Source: Octopus bimaculoides
Lineage: Eukaryota
Assembly (NCBI RefSeq): GCF_001194135.2
Contig: NC_068981.1
Location: forward strand, 21,606,850-21,670,849
Length of the DNA stretch: 64,000 bases
Reading direction: 5' to 3'
A program made the position numbers and the translations under genes. Below, one piece after another: positions 1 through 56,649 of this stretch. Within the stretch, counting starts at the first letter, position 1. The number at the start of each line of letters is the position of its first letter. Below the pieces are notes generated by a model, which searched no databases, was not told the origin of the DNA, and worked only from the letters and a program-made list of their open reading frames with translations.

Positions 1-239
1 GTCACATAAAAGACACCATTTCGAGCGTGGCCGTTTTCATACGGGTGACACGTAAAAGCACCCACTACACTCTCTGAGTGGTTGGCGTTAGGAAGGGCAT
101 CCAGCTGTAGAAATTCTGCCAAATTAGATTGGAGCCTGGTGTTGCCATCCGGTTTCACCAGTCCTCAGTCAAATCGTCCAACCCATGCTAGCATGGAAAG
201 CGGACGTTAAACGATGATGATGATGATGATGATGATGAT
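1..239 (+). mobile_element. Young RTE-LINE 3' end (5'-truncated by the window edge), (GAT)n tail
   Basis: ...catgctagcatggaaagcggacgttaaac(gat)n, near-identical to many copies below. Confidence 0.85.
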
Positions 240-484
240 ATATGGATATTGAGCTTCCCCAATCACAGTTTTACTGAGATGGGCAGCTCTTCTCAGCTCT
301 GTTGCCACTCACCCTGGTCATTTGTCATCTCTGAAGTTCAAGGTCCTGAGATCAGACTTTACTACTCTGTCCCATGTCTTCACTATTTCACAAGCTCCAT
401 TTATATTGAGTGACTTTATACAGCTGTCCTCATCTATTTGCTTCACATGTCTGTACCACTACTGTCTTCTTTCTTGGCATTGCT

Positions 485-1640
485 GGTAAACTGGGAGAGT
501 GACTGCATGATTTCCTTAAAGACAGAAGTTAAGTAGTTGCAGCCAATGGTGCTCTTTCTGAGGAAACTCAAATCCTAAGTGGCGTCCCCCAGGGAACTGT
601 TCTGTAGCCATTACTGTTTATAATAGCTCTGTTAGACATGTCCATGGTCACTCGGACAGCCACTATCGCCAGCTATGCTGATGATACAAAGTTATCACAA
701 GCAATAGAAAGTCAAGATGACATCACAAGCTTACAGTGGGACCCAAATTCAATATACAAGTGGGCTGAAGTAAACAACATGCAGTTTAATACTGGAAAAT
801 TTCAAGCACTGCACTATCAATTCACAAATTCATCACAACCTGCACATACAGGACCTGAAGGCACTACAATCCCAGAGACACAAACAGTGAAAGACTTGGG
901 GATCAGTATGTGCAATGACACATCATTTTATTTGCAAATTACCAAGATGGCAGCAAATTGTAGACAAGTGGTAAGAAGGCTACTGAGGTCCTTCAAGACA
1001 AGAGACTAAGAAACTATGTTGACCATGCTGAGAACCTTGGTTCCCAGCCGCCTTGACTACTGCTCTCAGTTATGGTCACCACACAGTGTCAAATGAATAG
1101 TGGCGCTTGAAGCAGTCTAATGCCACGACACTAAAAAGATTAAAACAGTGCAGCGGATGAGCTACAGGGATAGCCTGAAAAAACTGCAACTTTATTCCCT
1201 GGAGTGAAGGCATGACATATGCAATAATCTACATATGGAAAACTCTAGAAAGGCTAGCATTTAACTTCGGCATTGAGTGTTAAACAAATGCCAGAACTGG
1301 CTGCCATTGTATTGTACCAAAAGTACCATCCACTCCATCTAAATTCAGGACCAGGTACTGCAATAAGTCTAGTGTTCAAAGGTCCACAGCTCTTCAATGC
1401 CCTGCCACAAAAGTTAAGAAATCTGCATAAGGTGGAAGTAGATGTCTTCAAAAAGGAACTAGACATCCTCCTCTCCACATTGCCGGATGAACCAACAACC
1501 TGACATGAAGTGCAGAAGAGGGAAGCAGAATCAAACAACCTTATACACCAAATGAGCCAACAGCTGGGACAAAGGATTGTTGATGTGAAACACCCCAGAC
1601 TGAGGAAATCAGAAACACCACATTATAGGTCTAACTTTCT
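485..1640 (+). mobile_element. CR1/L2-like LINE fossil (RT C-terminal part)
   Basis: SGVPQGTVL.PLLF, SYADDTK, DLGI..., GPQLFNALP motifs, interrupted by stops. Confidence 0.85.
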
Positions 1641-1809
1641 GACCTCACTCATCAGGAAAGTCATGGAATAATAATAGCAGGAAACTACTTATGTTCCTTG
1701 AATGGAATGACTTGCTGACTGACACCCTGCACAGTTTTTGACCAGGTGGAAGCTGCCTGATACATCTCTTACAGTACTACAACTAGGCGTTCAACAACTC
1801 AAATGTTTA

Positions 1810-2262
1810 CGTGATATGTTTTAACTTTGCAAAAACCTTTGATAAAGTTGACGATAGTATGATATGTCACAAACTGCATGATCTCAACACAGAAAACTTG
1901 GAGAGTGGCTACACGACTTTCTAAAAGATAGAAGTTACCTCTGAGGAATTACAAATAGTGAGTGGTGTTCGACAGGGCACTGGTATTCGTAGTGGCCCTC
2001 TCAGCTGCTCAGTTACCCACCCTTGCTAGCTATGCAGATGACACAAAAGTCTCTCCGAGGAAATATTGTGCACCTGCAATGGGAATTGGGACACAATATA
2101 CAGGTGGTTAATAATATGCAGTTTAATGCTGGAAAATACCAAGCCCCATGCTACCAGCACACAAAGCTGAATGAAATGCAGACAGGATGCATTGGCCCAA
2201 GAGAGATTGCAATCTCCAAATCATAATCAGTGCATGACCTGGGCATTGACATGAGTAATGAT
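1810..2262 (+). mobile_element. CR1/L2-like LINE fragment, left half of an element split by a hAT transposon
   Basis: YADDTK-like and NNMQFNAGKYQA motifs; ends at DLGIDMSND and continues collinearly at 4563. Confidence 0.8.
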
Positions 2263-4562
2263 TAAGACATTTTATTTTAACCTTAAAAATTGCTTGATTT
2301 GAATCTTATTTTCATATTTGTTTAACCGTATTTTTAAAAACTTTATTGATAGATTTTAACCTTGTTATTATCAATAAATTCATAAACATTAGAGAGTTTA
2401 CCTTTTAAGAGTATCATCAAAACAATTAAAAAAAATATTTATATTGTGGAAATGTATTATAGTACAATATGATGTAATGTTTTACTTTTGTAGGCAGAAA
2501 ATTCCTGTTTTTCGCAAAGAATTTTTTTAGCATGGTCTCAGATTTGCATATTCCGCGGGTAAAACGTTGGGGTTTATTAGTTGAATTATCAAATTGATTT
2601 GGTTTTTATTGAATTAAAATCAGTGAAATTCAGGATGTAACACGAGTCTTCATTGAATTTCAATTCTCTGAGGCTTTTGTAAGCATCATTGATAGTGAAG
2701 GCTGTTGACTCGACTTTTAAAATCAACTCTTTCAACTGCAGATACTTTGAATAGATTTGGGTGAGATCAGTCTTGATCTTAGTATTTCACACGGCTTCTT
2801 TCGCTCTCTGCACCAATATGTCTTTGTCTTCAAAACTCTACAATTTTTTTATCTTCTGCATGGTTCTTGGCATAGTAATTTCAGGCATCCAACTAGCTGT
2901 CACAGTTGGTCACAATTGACTGAGTTGGTATCCAATTGTTTTGAATTGCTCCTGACAGTGTTTGTTTTTTTACAGTAACAGCCTTGACGGTGGCAATCAG
3001 ACAATCATCTGCAAGATAGAAAGCCTTTATTTTTAGAGCACAATTGTGCAGTAGGTGAGAGAAGCAGCTTACATGGGAGAGTTTAGGGTATGTTAACTTG
3101 CAATATTTCTCCAGCAGCTACCATATACTGAGCAACATCAGACACTAGTAGGAGAAAATTTTCTCATGGAACTGCCATATTTTTTAGCAAATCATCGATG
3201 ATCTGAGCAACGAATGTAGCAGTTAGAGCTGATTCGAGTGGCAAACATTCTATTAAGAATGTTTTTATAGGATTTTTAACTGAATCAATAAGTACATTAA
3301 TAATTTTTTTGTTATCAGTCTCATTTGATCAACAATTAAAAATATCTTTTGATCAGCCATGCAGCTCTTGCAATTTTCAACTGTGTTTAAACTAATCATA
3401 TCAACATATTTTTGGCATGTAGATTGAGATGGCAGTGGTTTATTGATAGAATCAATGAGACTTCTTGAACTTGGATTAGTGAGCTTTTGTGAAGAAAAGT
3501 TGGTCTCAAAAATGCTTTGGTCACCATTGCATTCCAAGGTTTATTGTTTTCAGTAAATTTAAACAGTTTGATAGGTGGCTGTTCAATTTTAGTAGTCTTT
3601 TGAAGATAGTTTTGATGCTTTTTCCTCATTCTATGCAATTCAACAAAATGCCTTTTATGACATTTGACATTAACGAGGCACACTTTTGGGAATTCATCTG
3701 TAAGTTCAAGGGCTTTTGCCTTTCTGACTTGTTTTTGGCTTTGGCATCTGAGTTAATAAGAAAGACATAATAATCAAAATTAAAAATTACTTGAAATAGG
3801 AAAAAAAAACAGCTCAATAAGGCAATGACAAAATAACTCCACACAAAAAGATCCAGCAACAGTGAAAGAAAATGATTCAATTCAAATAACTCCAGATAAA
3901 AATTTATATAATAGTTAACAAAAAATTTAAACAATGCATAAAAAAATATGTATTGGAATATTGAGAAACAGCTAGCATATTGTACATTTACATACAGTAA
4001 AAAGAATAACAAAGAAAAGTACTTACTTTTGATGGTGAATTTAAAATTCTTAAATAACAAGCACAAAGAATTAAAACTAGGTAAAAACACTTACAATTGG
4101 ATGATGATAAATAATTCCATTCTTAAAGAGTCCTGTTTCATGAATTGGAAAAAAAATGCAAATAATCAGTATTAGCAGTTGGTATCAATCACCAATAACT
4201 AAATTTATCTTCTAGAAGAACTATACAGATATGCTCAACTTTTGTTTGTGTTCAAATGACTGGACACACATAATGTCAAATAGTTTTCAATATTGAAAGG
4301 TAGGACAAGCTATAGGAAGTGCTAAGAAAGCTCAGAAGTGGTTGTTCAATACAATGCTCTACTAAAAACTAGCAGAAATATATATCAAATTTAGGTTTAA
4401 TCAATACACAAAAAATACATACCAGTGAATTTATTTATTCTTTTCTGTATCTCATTAAAAAAAAATTCACAAAAAAAGTTTTTTTTATTTTTGGTTTTAA
4501 CTTTGAAAAAGAGTTTTTGTGAATTTTGACTTTTATGCAAAAAAAAAAAAAAAATTGCCTTA
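2263..4562 (-). mobile_element. hAT-superfamily DNA transposon fossil (2.3 kb)
   Basis: Perfect 8-bp TSD GTAATGAT (2255-2262 and 4563-4570); imperfect TIRs TAAGACATTTTT / TAAGGCAATTTT (reverse complement); decayed minus-strand transposase-like peptide at about 2900-3260. Confidence 0.8.
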
Positions 4563-5290
4563 GTAATGATGCTTCTTTCCTGGTGCATATTACTAATTTG
4601 GTAATATAATGTGGATTGCTGGCCAGATGGATTCTCCAAATTTTCAAAATAAGAGAACAGGAAACCATGATGGTCCTCTGAAGGACATTTATCCTCAGCT
4701 TCTTAGACTACTGCTCTCAACTACGGTCATCACACAATATAGAATTAACAATGGAATGTTAATTAACAATCCAATGAAGCTAAAGAAAATCATCTCAATG
4801 TAACATGTCAGCTACTGGGAAAAGCTGAAAAAGTTAAGACTCTACTCCCTAGAATGAAGGCAGGAAAGATATGCAGTGATAAATACCTGGAGAATACTGG
4901 AAGGGCATGTACCAAACTTTGGCATTGAGAGTTGTACAAACAACAGAACAGGGCACTACTGCATGGTGCCAAAGATCCCAACATCGCCATCAAAACACTG
5001 GACCAGATATTGCAACGGCTTGGGTTTCAAGGGCCCGCAGCTCTTCAATATCCTTTCAAAAAGCCTGAGAGACCTGCATGGTGTGGATGTAGATGTCTTC
5101 AAAACGAAACTGGGTCTCCCCCTGTCAAGGGTTCCAGATGAGGGGGCAGCAGCATCAAGATCTCTCATTCACTAAATGACACATATCAGAGGAAGTTTCA
5201 TATAGGGACAGTGAAGGTTTAGCAAAGCTAATGGTGGTGCCCCAGCAAGGCCACAGCTCCTGAGCTGAAGCAAGTTAAAGAGTAAAGAGT
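4563..5290 (+). mobile_element. CR1/L2-like LINE fragment, right half
   Basis: Resumes at SNDASFLVHIT...; GFKGPQLFNIL..DVDVFKTKL, homologous to 1273-1503. Confidence 0.8.
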
Positions 5291-5329
5291 TATATATTGG
5301 GCCTCATAGAGGCAGTGTGGCTAATGTCA

Positions 5330-5578
5330 GTGTCATGTAACCAGCACATAAAAAACACCATTTGAGCTTTGGGCTGTACAGAGGCAATGTGACCAATGCT
5401 GGTGGCATGTAAAAGCACCCATTACACTCTCAGAGTGGTTGGCATTAAGAAGGGTATCCAACCATAGAAACCATGCCAAATCAGACTGGCGTCTGGTGCA
5501 GCACCTCAGGTTCCCAGCCCTGGTCTAACTGCCCACCTATGCCAGCATAGACAATGGATGTTAAATGATGATGATAAT
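5330..5578 (+). mobile_element. Older RTE-type 3' end
   Basis: Diverged copy of the (GAT)n-tailed family. Confidence 0.7.
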
Positions 5579-5609
5579 ATATAAGTATCCAATTACTGGA
5601 TATTTTTAT

Positions 5610-6429
5610 ATATAGAAGTATCCAGTAAGGTGAAGGTCAGCAATGAGTATAGCAAGGAATTTAGTGGGAAAGTAGAAGTTCACCAAGGAACGAGCCTCAC
5701 CCCACCTCTTGTTTATTATAGTCCTCTAGGCTATAACAGAGGAATTTAAGACTGGCTGCCCTTGGGTGCTCCTCTATGCTGATCTTATGGTTGAATTTCA
5801 GGTGTAGGAGCATGATCTGAAATCAAAGGGCCTTAGAGTTAATTTAGCAAAGACCAAAATCCTAGTAAGTAGGATCCCTTGAGGGAGATGACCCTGCTCA
5901 ATATGTTGAAAAGGTGTTGGTAGAAGCTCTATATAGTGTACTCAGTGCAAGCTATGGAGATATGAAAGGTACAGGGATATCAGAGGAAGGTTAACAGAGA
6001 AAGTAGTCTTTGTATGTGGAAAATGTATGGGTACAATAAGCACTTAAAATGTACAGAAAATAGACTTCCTCACATGTCCAGGGAGATCCTTAGAAGTTGT
6101 AGATAGCTTCCATTACCTAGGCAACCAAGTTAGCAGTGGGAGAGGAAGCTCTGAAAGCATAATTTTTAGAATAAGAACAATCTGGGTAATGTTTAGAGAG
6201 TTACTACCTTTGTTCATAACAAAGGGCCTATCCTTCAGAGTTATTCGCTAAATAACAGGTTTCATTTCTTCGAATAGAACAATACGTCATATGAACTAGA
6301 TTAAATAGAGCATGAAATCTGCAGACAATTAGTCATTGAAGAGAGGTAAAGTAACTGTGGCGAAAGCAGTAATTCACTTATTTAGTGGGATCAGTGTATC
6401 ATTTGTGAGCATATATTTGTATATATAGT

Positions 6430-6518
<89 letters not shown>

Positions 6519-7490
6519 GTCTAGAATCACGTCAGATGCGGAGGAGGAGAGAAAATAGTAATTCAGTGAAGGAGAAGTAGTGAGAGTAACATGACTGTAC
6601 GATGCTGGTGTATGCACAGTTATGCTACATAGCAGTGAAAATTTGAAAGCAATGAAACCAGTATGCTCTGCTGGATGGGTAATGCCAGTGTAAATGATTT
6701 GAGAGAAAAATTGGGTATAAGAGGCATCAGATGTAATTTGCAAGAGAGAAGACTATACTGGTATGGCCATGTGAGATGTATGGATGAGGACAGCTACTTA
6801 AAGATCTCTCATTGTGGAGAGAACCTGTGGAAGGAATAGACACAGGAAGACACGGGATGAAATGGTGAGAAATGACCCTCTGAGGAGATGACAAGAGATC
6901 AAGATTCCTGTTGATTTGTTGTGCTTGAGAAGACCTGTCAAGCTAAGTAAAATTGTGGCTGACCACACATATAGGATTGTCTTTTATGGCCATGCTCCCC
7001 CTTACACACATAATTCTGTGCTCTATCAAACTCCCCCACCACCTACTGCAGGCCCTTCCACTCTCCATGCCATCACATATGTACCATACCCACCTCCCAG
7101 CCACTCCAATGCCTCTCAACATTACTTGTTATCTCTTAACATTTCCCATTACACTCTTATGGAACATTCTCCCCTATCTCCTCTTTACTACTTCCATTGT
7201 TCCATGTGGGCAGGCCTATCTCTTTCTCGTGTTCCTTGTCCTTTTGAGATAGACAAATATCTCCTCAATAATAAGAGGTCTACCTCTGGCCCTCCGTCAT
7301 ACTCTAATCTCTTGGTTCCAATTCCTCTCTCAGCTGACAGGTCTTTGTCTTGCAAGCTTGCAGGTGCTGCACCCAGTACACTCTGTAAAGTGGTTGGCGT
7401 TTGGAAACGCATCTACTTGTAGAAACTGTACCAAAACTGTCAAACCGTCCAACCTATGCCAGCATGGAAAACAGACGTTAAATGATCACA
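5610..7490 (+). mobile_element. RTE-clade LINE fossil (RT to 3' end), interrupted
   Basis: HQG.SL.PLLFII, PW.LLYAD, KGLRVNLAKTK motifs; ORF end EKTCQAK* at 6927-6950; tail at about 7360-7490; insertions at 6241-6592 and about 6965-7355. Confidence 0.8.
6241..6592 (+). repeat. Inserted duplicate of 8531-8802 with expanded (TA)n
   Basis: Direct, roughly 90% (by eye) match from taaataacaggtttc to gtagtgagag.aac. Confidence 0.85.
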
Positions 7491-8529
7491 CACACACACA
7501 TTGTTTGCATATGGGAAAATGAAAATACCTATATGATTGATAACAAATATGGGTTGATAGATTATATTAACGAAACAGAACAAGAACAATTTATTAATAA
7601 AAATTTTCAAGTCTTTCTATCTGCGAATGTAAAAATATTTCTGTGATCCCCCATTCAAGTTCCAGTTTTGACTATTTGTTGAATACTTCTGCTTTTCCAA
7701 ACCTTATTTACTATCATTTTGATGAGATTTTATTATTGTTGCTGTGCTCTGGCCAACTTTGTTATAGAGGATATGTTTGGTGTCCTTAAGAATTTGTATT
7801 GTTGTTGTTTAAGATAGAAACATGTGATTGTATCAGATAGTTTATGTATAGGTTTTGTTCTTTTCATTATTGTATTGTTCTGGGCGAGACATTGGTACTC
7901 ATCGCAGGTCAATATGCAGTTTACCGCCATATTTCTTGTGGATTTTATTAGTCTTTTTTTTCTTTGCACCCTTTTAAAGCCTAGCCAGGCTCATGAGCCC
8001 GGTTTCCTGGTTTCTATGGCATATAGACGTGGCTTTGTGCCCCATGAGCAGCATATGGTTTTTTCCACCCCAGATTTTAAAATATTTTTTAATTCAGTAT
8101 CATCCGTGATATCCTTGTAGCTTTATCTACTTCAAGTTTCACTGTATTGAAGTGCAGGTGAGGTGAAGAGATCGATCCGATTAGATGTAATATGCTGTCT
8201 AGTGGTTTCATTGCCAGAAGATGCTCACTTTGCCGATGTGTTGAAATAAACAGTATGATCAAACGATTATGTATGTATATCCTATAGTGAACGTTCAATT
8301 ACTTATTGTTATTTCTGTATCATATAATGGTTAGGAAGTCTGTCGTGTTTACAGATTATGTAGGTTCATGTCCCACAGGCAGCCTTCGATTTTTTTTGGC
8401 AGAGGTACACCACCCGTTTTTGGCGTAACAAAACCCCTAACCCTAACCGAGTGTACATATTCCTTACTTTTGCCCCCCTTTTTTTTTTAATCTAAGGTTA
8501 CTTCGTAATTTAAAAACCAAGAAATAAAA

Positions 8530-8803
8530 GTAAATAACAGGTTTCGTTTCTTCAAATAGAACAACAATACGTCATATGAACTAAATTAAAAAGAGCGCGA
8601 AATCTGCAGACAATTAGTCATTGACGAGAGAAAAAGTAACTGTGAAGAAAGCAGTAATTCGCTTACTAAGTGAGATCCGTGTATTTGTGAGCATATATTT
8701 GTATATATAGTTGTGTGTATGTATATAGTTGTCCAGAATCACACCAGACACGGAGGAGGAGAGAAAATAGTAATTCAGTGAAGGAGAAGTAGTGAGAGCA
8801 ACA

Positions 8804-8863
<60 letters not shown>

Positions 8864-9865
8864 AAATAATAGCAATAAGAGAAAGGAAGGGAGGAAAAAA
8901 AATCAGCGTTTCAACTTTGTAAGTATATGTGTAGAAGGGAAGTATGTGAATGTTTGTATGTGATTATTATGTACCATATTTATGTATAAAATACTACAAT
9001 TAGCCGTCATTATTGACGGCACGTAGTCAGCTAATACTTGTATAAGTGTAATATTTACTTTCTTTTTTCTTTTGCTCATGAAATCTGTGTCTGTCTCTCT
9101 TGTGTGTGAGTGTGCATGTGTGTGTCAATGTCCCCGAATCAAAACATTTTCCCGTGTTAAGGGTTTCTAGAAGCTGGAAATATTTCATAGATTTCATCAG
9201 CAACAAGTTGTAAGTTATGTGGCTTTATTCTGACCATTTAGATTTGTTGATTTCCGATTAAAAATGAGAAAAAATGAAATTGAAGGTATTTTGGCTAAAA
9301 GTGGAAGTAAAAAAGTATTTTTATAATGATATAAACATATGGATCTCTGGCTTTTAATCATGTTCTGAACCTTCATTGCTTGGTATTATTAAAGGCATTT
9401 GCCCAAGGTACCATATGATCGGGAGGCAAACTTCTTAATCATATTGCCACGCCTGCATGGTAGGTTAGAATTTTTCGCGACGACGTGGTTTCTGATTGAG
9501 TTCTACTACATTTTACTTCAGACATGTGTCTCTCGTAAGTCCCTGGCCGATCAAACGAATTTAGTTGACGGAAACTCATATGTATGTATGTGTGTGTCTT
9601 AGTGTTTGTTTTTCACGGCTCAACAACTGTTGTTAGTTTTGTTACGTTCCCATAGTTTAGCTGATAGAATAAGAACTAAAAAAGAAAAAAAGTACTGAAA
9701 TCGATGTAACACTTTTAACCGTAGTCTATCGGCTAAAAAAACTAGTAAAGAGTTTGTGTGTATGTGTGTGTGTGTACCCCCCTCTCTCTCTGACACACAC
9801 ACACACCCCCCACTGACCCACATATATATGTTTGTAACTTGCGAAGTTTAGTTTCATTTTCTGAA
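8530..9865. promoter_or_regulatory. Putative promoter/5' leader region of RNF31
   Basis: Locally CpG-rich segments, a (GA)n tract at about 8808-8858, GTAAGT donor-like sites at 8919 and about 9536, directly upstream of the candidate start exon. Confidence 0.4.
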
Positions 9866-55531
<45,666 letters not shown>

Positions 55532-55944
55532 AAGCCTGACTGATAGTTTTATTTTTGTTAACATGAGATATATTTTGTTAATTTATTTAATTTTTTTTTT
55601 TGATTTGTTAACATTCTGAGTCGTAGGAAATGGTACTCTTGGCAGAGCAGCATTTAATTACAAGAATTGCATAAGTTTTTAATCTTCATCAAGTTAAAAA
55701 TGGACAAGCGAATGTATAGTGTACAGATTGGATTGGAGTCTATGGATTAGTCATGTATATAGAGAAAGCATGGTTGAATGGTAATGTAGACCACTTTGTA
55801 GCCATTGGTCCTAAGTTCAATCTCACCATGTGGCACTTTGACCATGTGTCTTCTGTCCTAGCCTTTCAACTTTATGAGTGGAATTTAATTAGTTTCTGTC
55901 TGCCAAATTTCACTCATAAAACTGAAAGCTATGGTAAAAGACAC

Positions 55945-56240
55945 ACATACGTGTGTATGTATTTATCTGTGTGTGTGTGTGTGTTTGTGTATATGTGCGC
56001 ATGTTTGTGTGTATATGTGCGCATGTTTGTGTGTGTATGTGTGCATGTGTATATGCACGTGTGTATATATGTGTACATGTGTGTTTATGTGTGCATGTGT
56101 GTATACATGTGTGCATGTGCGTTTATTTATGTGTGCGTGTATGTGTGTGTATATGTATGTGCGTGTGCATGTATGTTTGTATATATTTGTGTGTGTGTGT
56201 GTATATGAGTGCATGTATTTATATGTGTGTGTATATATAA
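55945..56240. repeat. Cryptic (TG/TA/GC) dinucleotide array in the probable RNF31 3'UTR
   Basis: About 300 bp of alternating purine-pyrimidine sequence. Confidence 0.9.
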
Positions 56241-56517
56241 TATGCATTTTTCTGGCTATAATAGTCTAGTACCTTTTAATCTGAAAAAATTACTAGAGAG
56301 TACTTGAAATCCCCATGGTTGGCAGTTTAGCTCACAGATGGCATTGTGTGTATTTTGTGTTCACATGCACTATTTACACTGCACTTGTTAGTGGTGATAC
56401 CAAAATTTTGAGAGCTCCTCTGCTTATTTAGCTTAATGTTATCTTTATTTTTGACTTGTGTAGTAAGAGAGCTGATAGCATCATTGGCAATGTCAAACAT
56501 AAACACCAATCAATATC

Positions 56518-56523
56518 AATAAA
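56518..56523 (+). terminator. Candidate polyadenylation signal for RNF31
   Basis: AATAAA about 1 kb after the stop codon; another lies at 56917-56922. No transcript evidence. Confidence 0.35.
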
Positions 56524-56649
56524 GTAAAACTAATGAAAATAATGAACTGGGATGTCTCAGTACATAAGTTGTGTGATATCTATGGTAGTTGGATGAAGGA
56601 TTCAGTGCAATCCACAGATCTGGTTTTCCAGTTATACAAAATTTAAACT

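Noticed and set aside
1628-1662. Minus-strand CTGATGA...GAAA hammerhead-like match (also about 9177-9203)
   Set aside because: No closing G-C pair for stem II and no compatible stem I or NUH site.
55753-56269. Cys/Val- or His/Thr-rich ORFs resembling metal-binding proteins (also 28064-28373, 55274-55520, 6399-6743)
   Set aside because: Translations of dinucleotide microsatellites.
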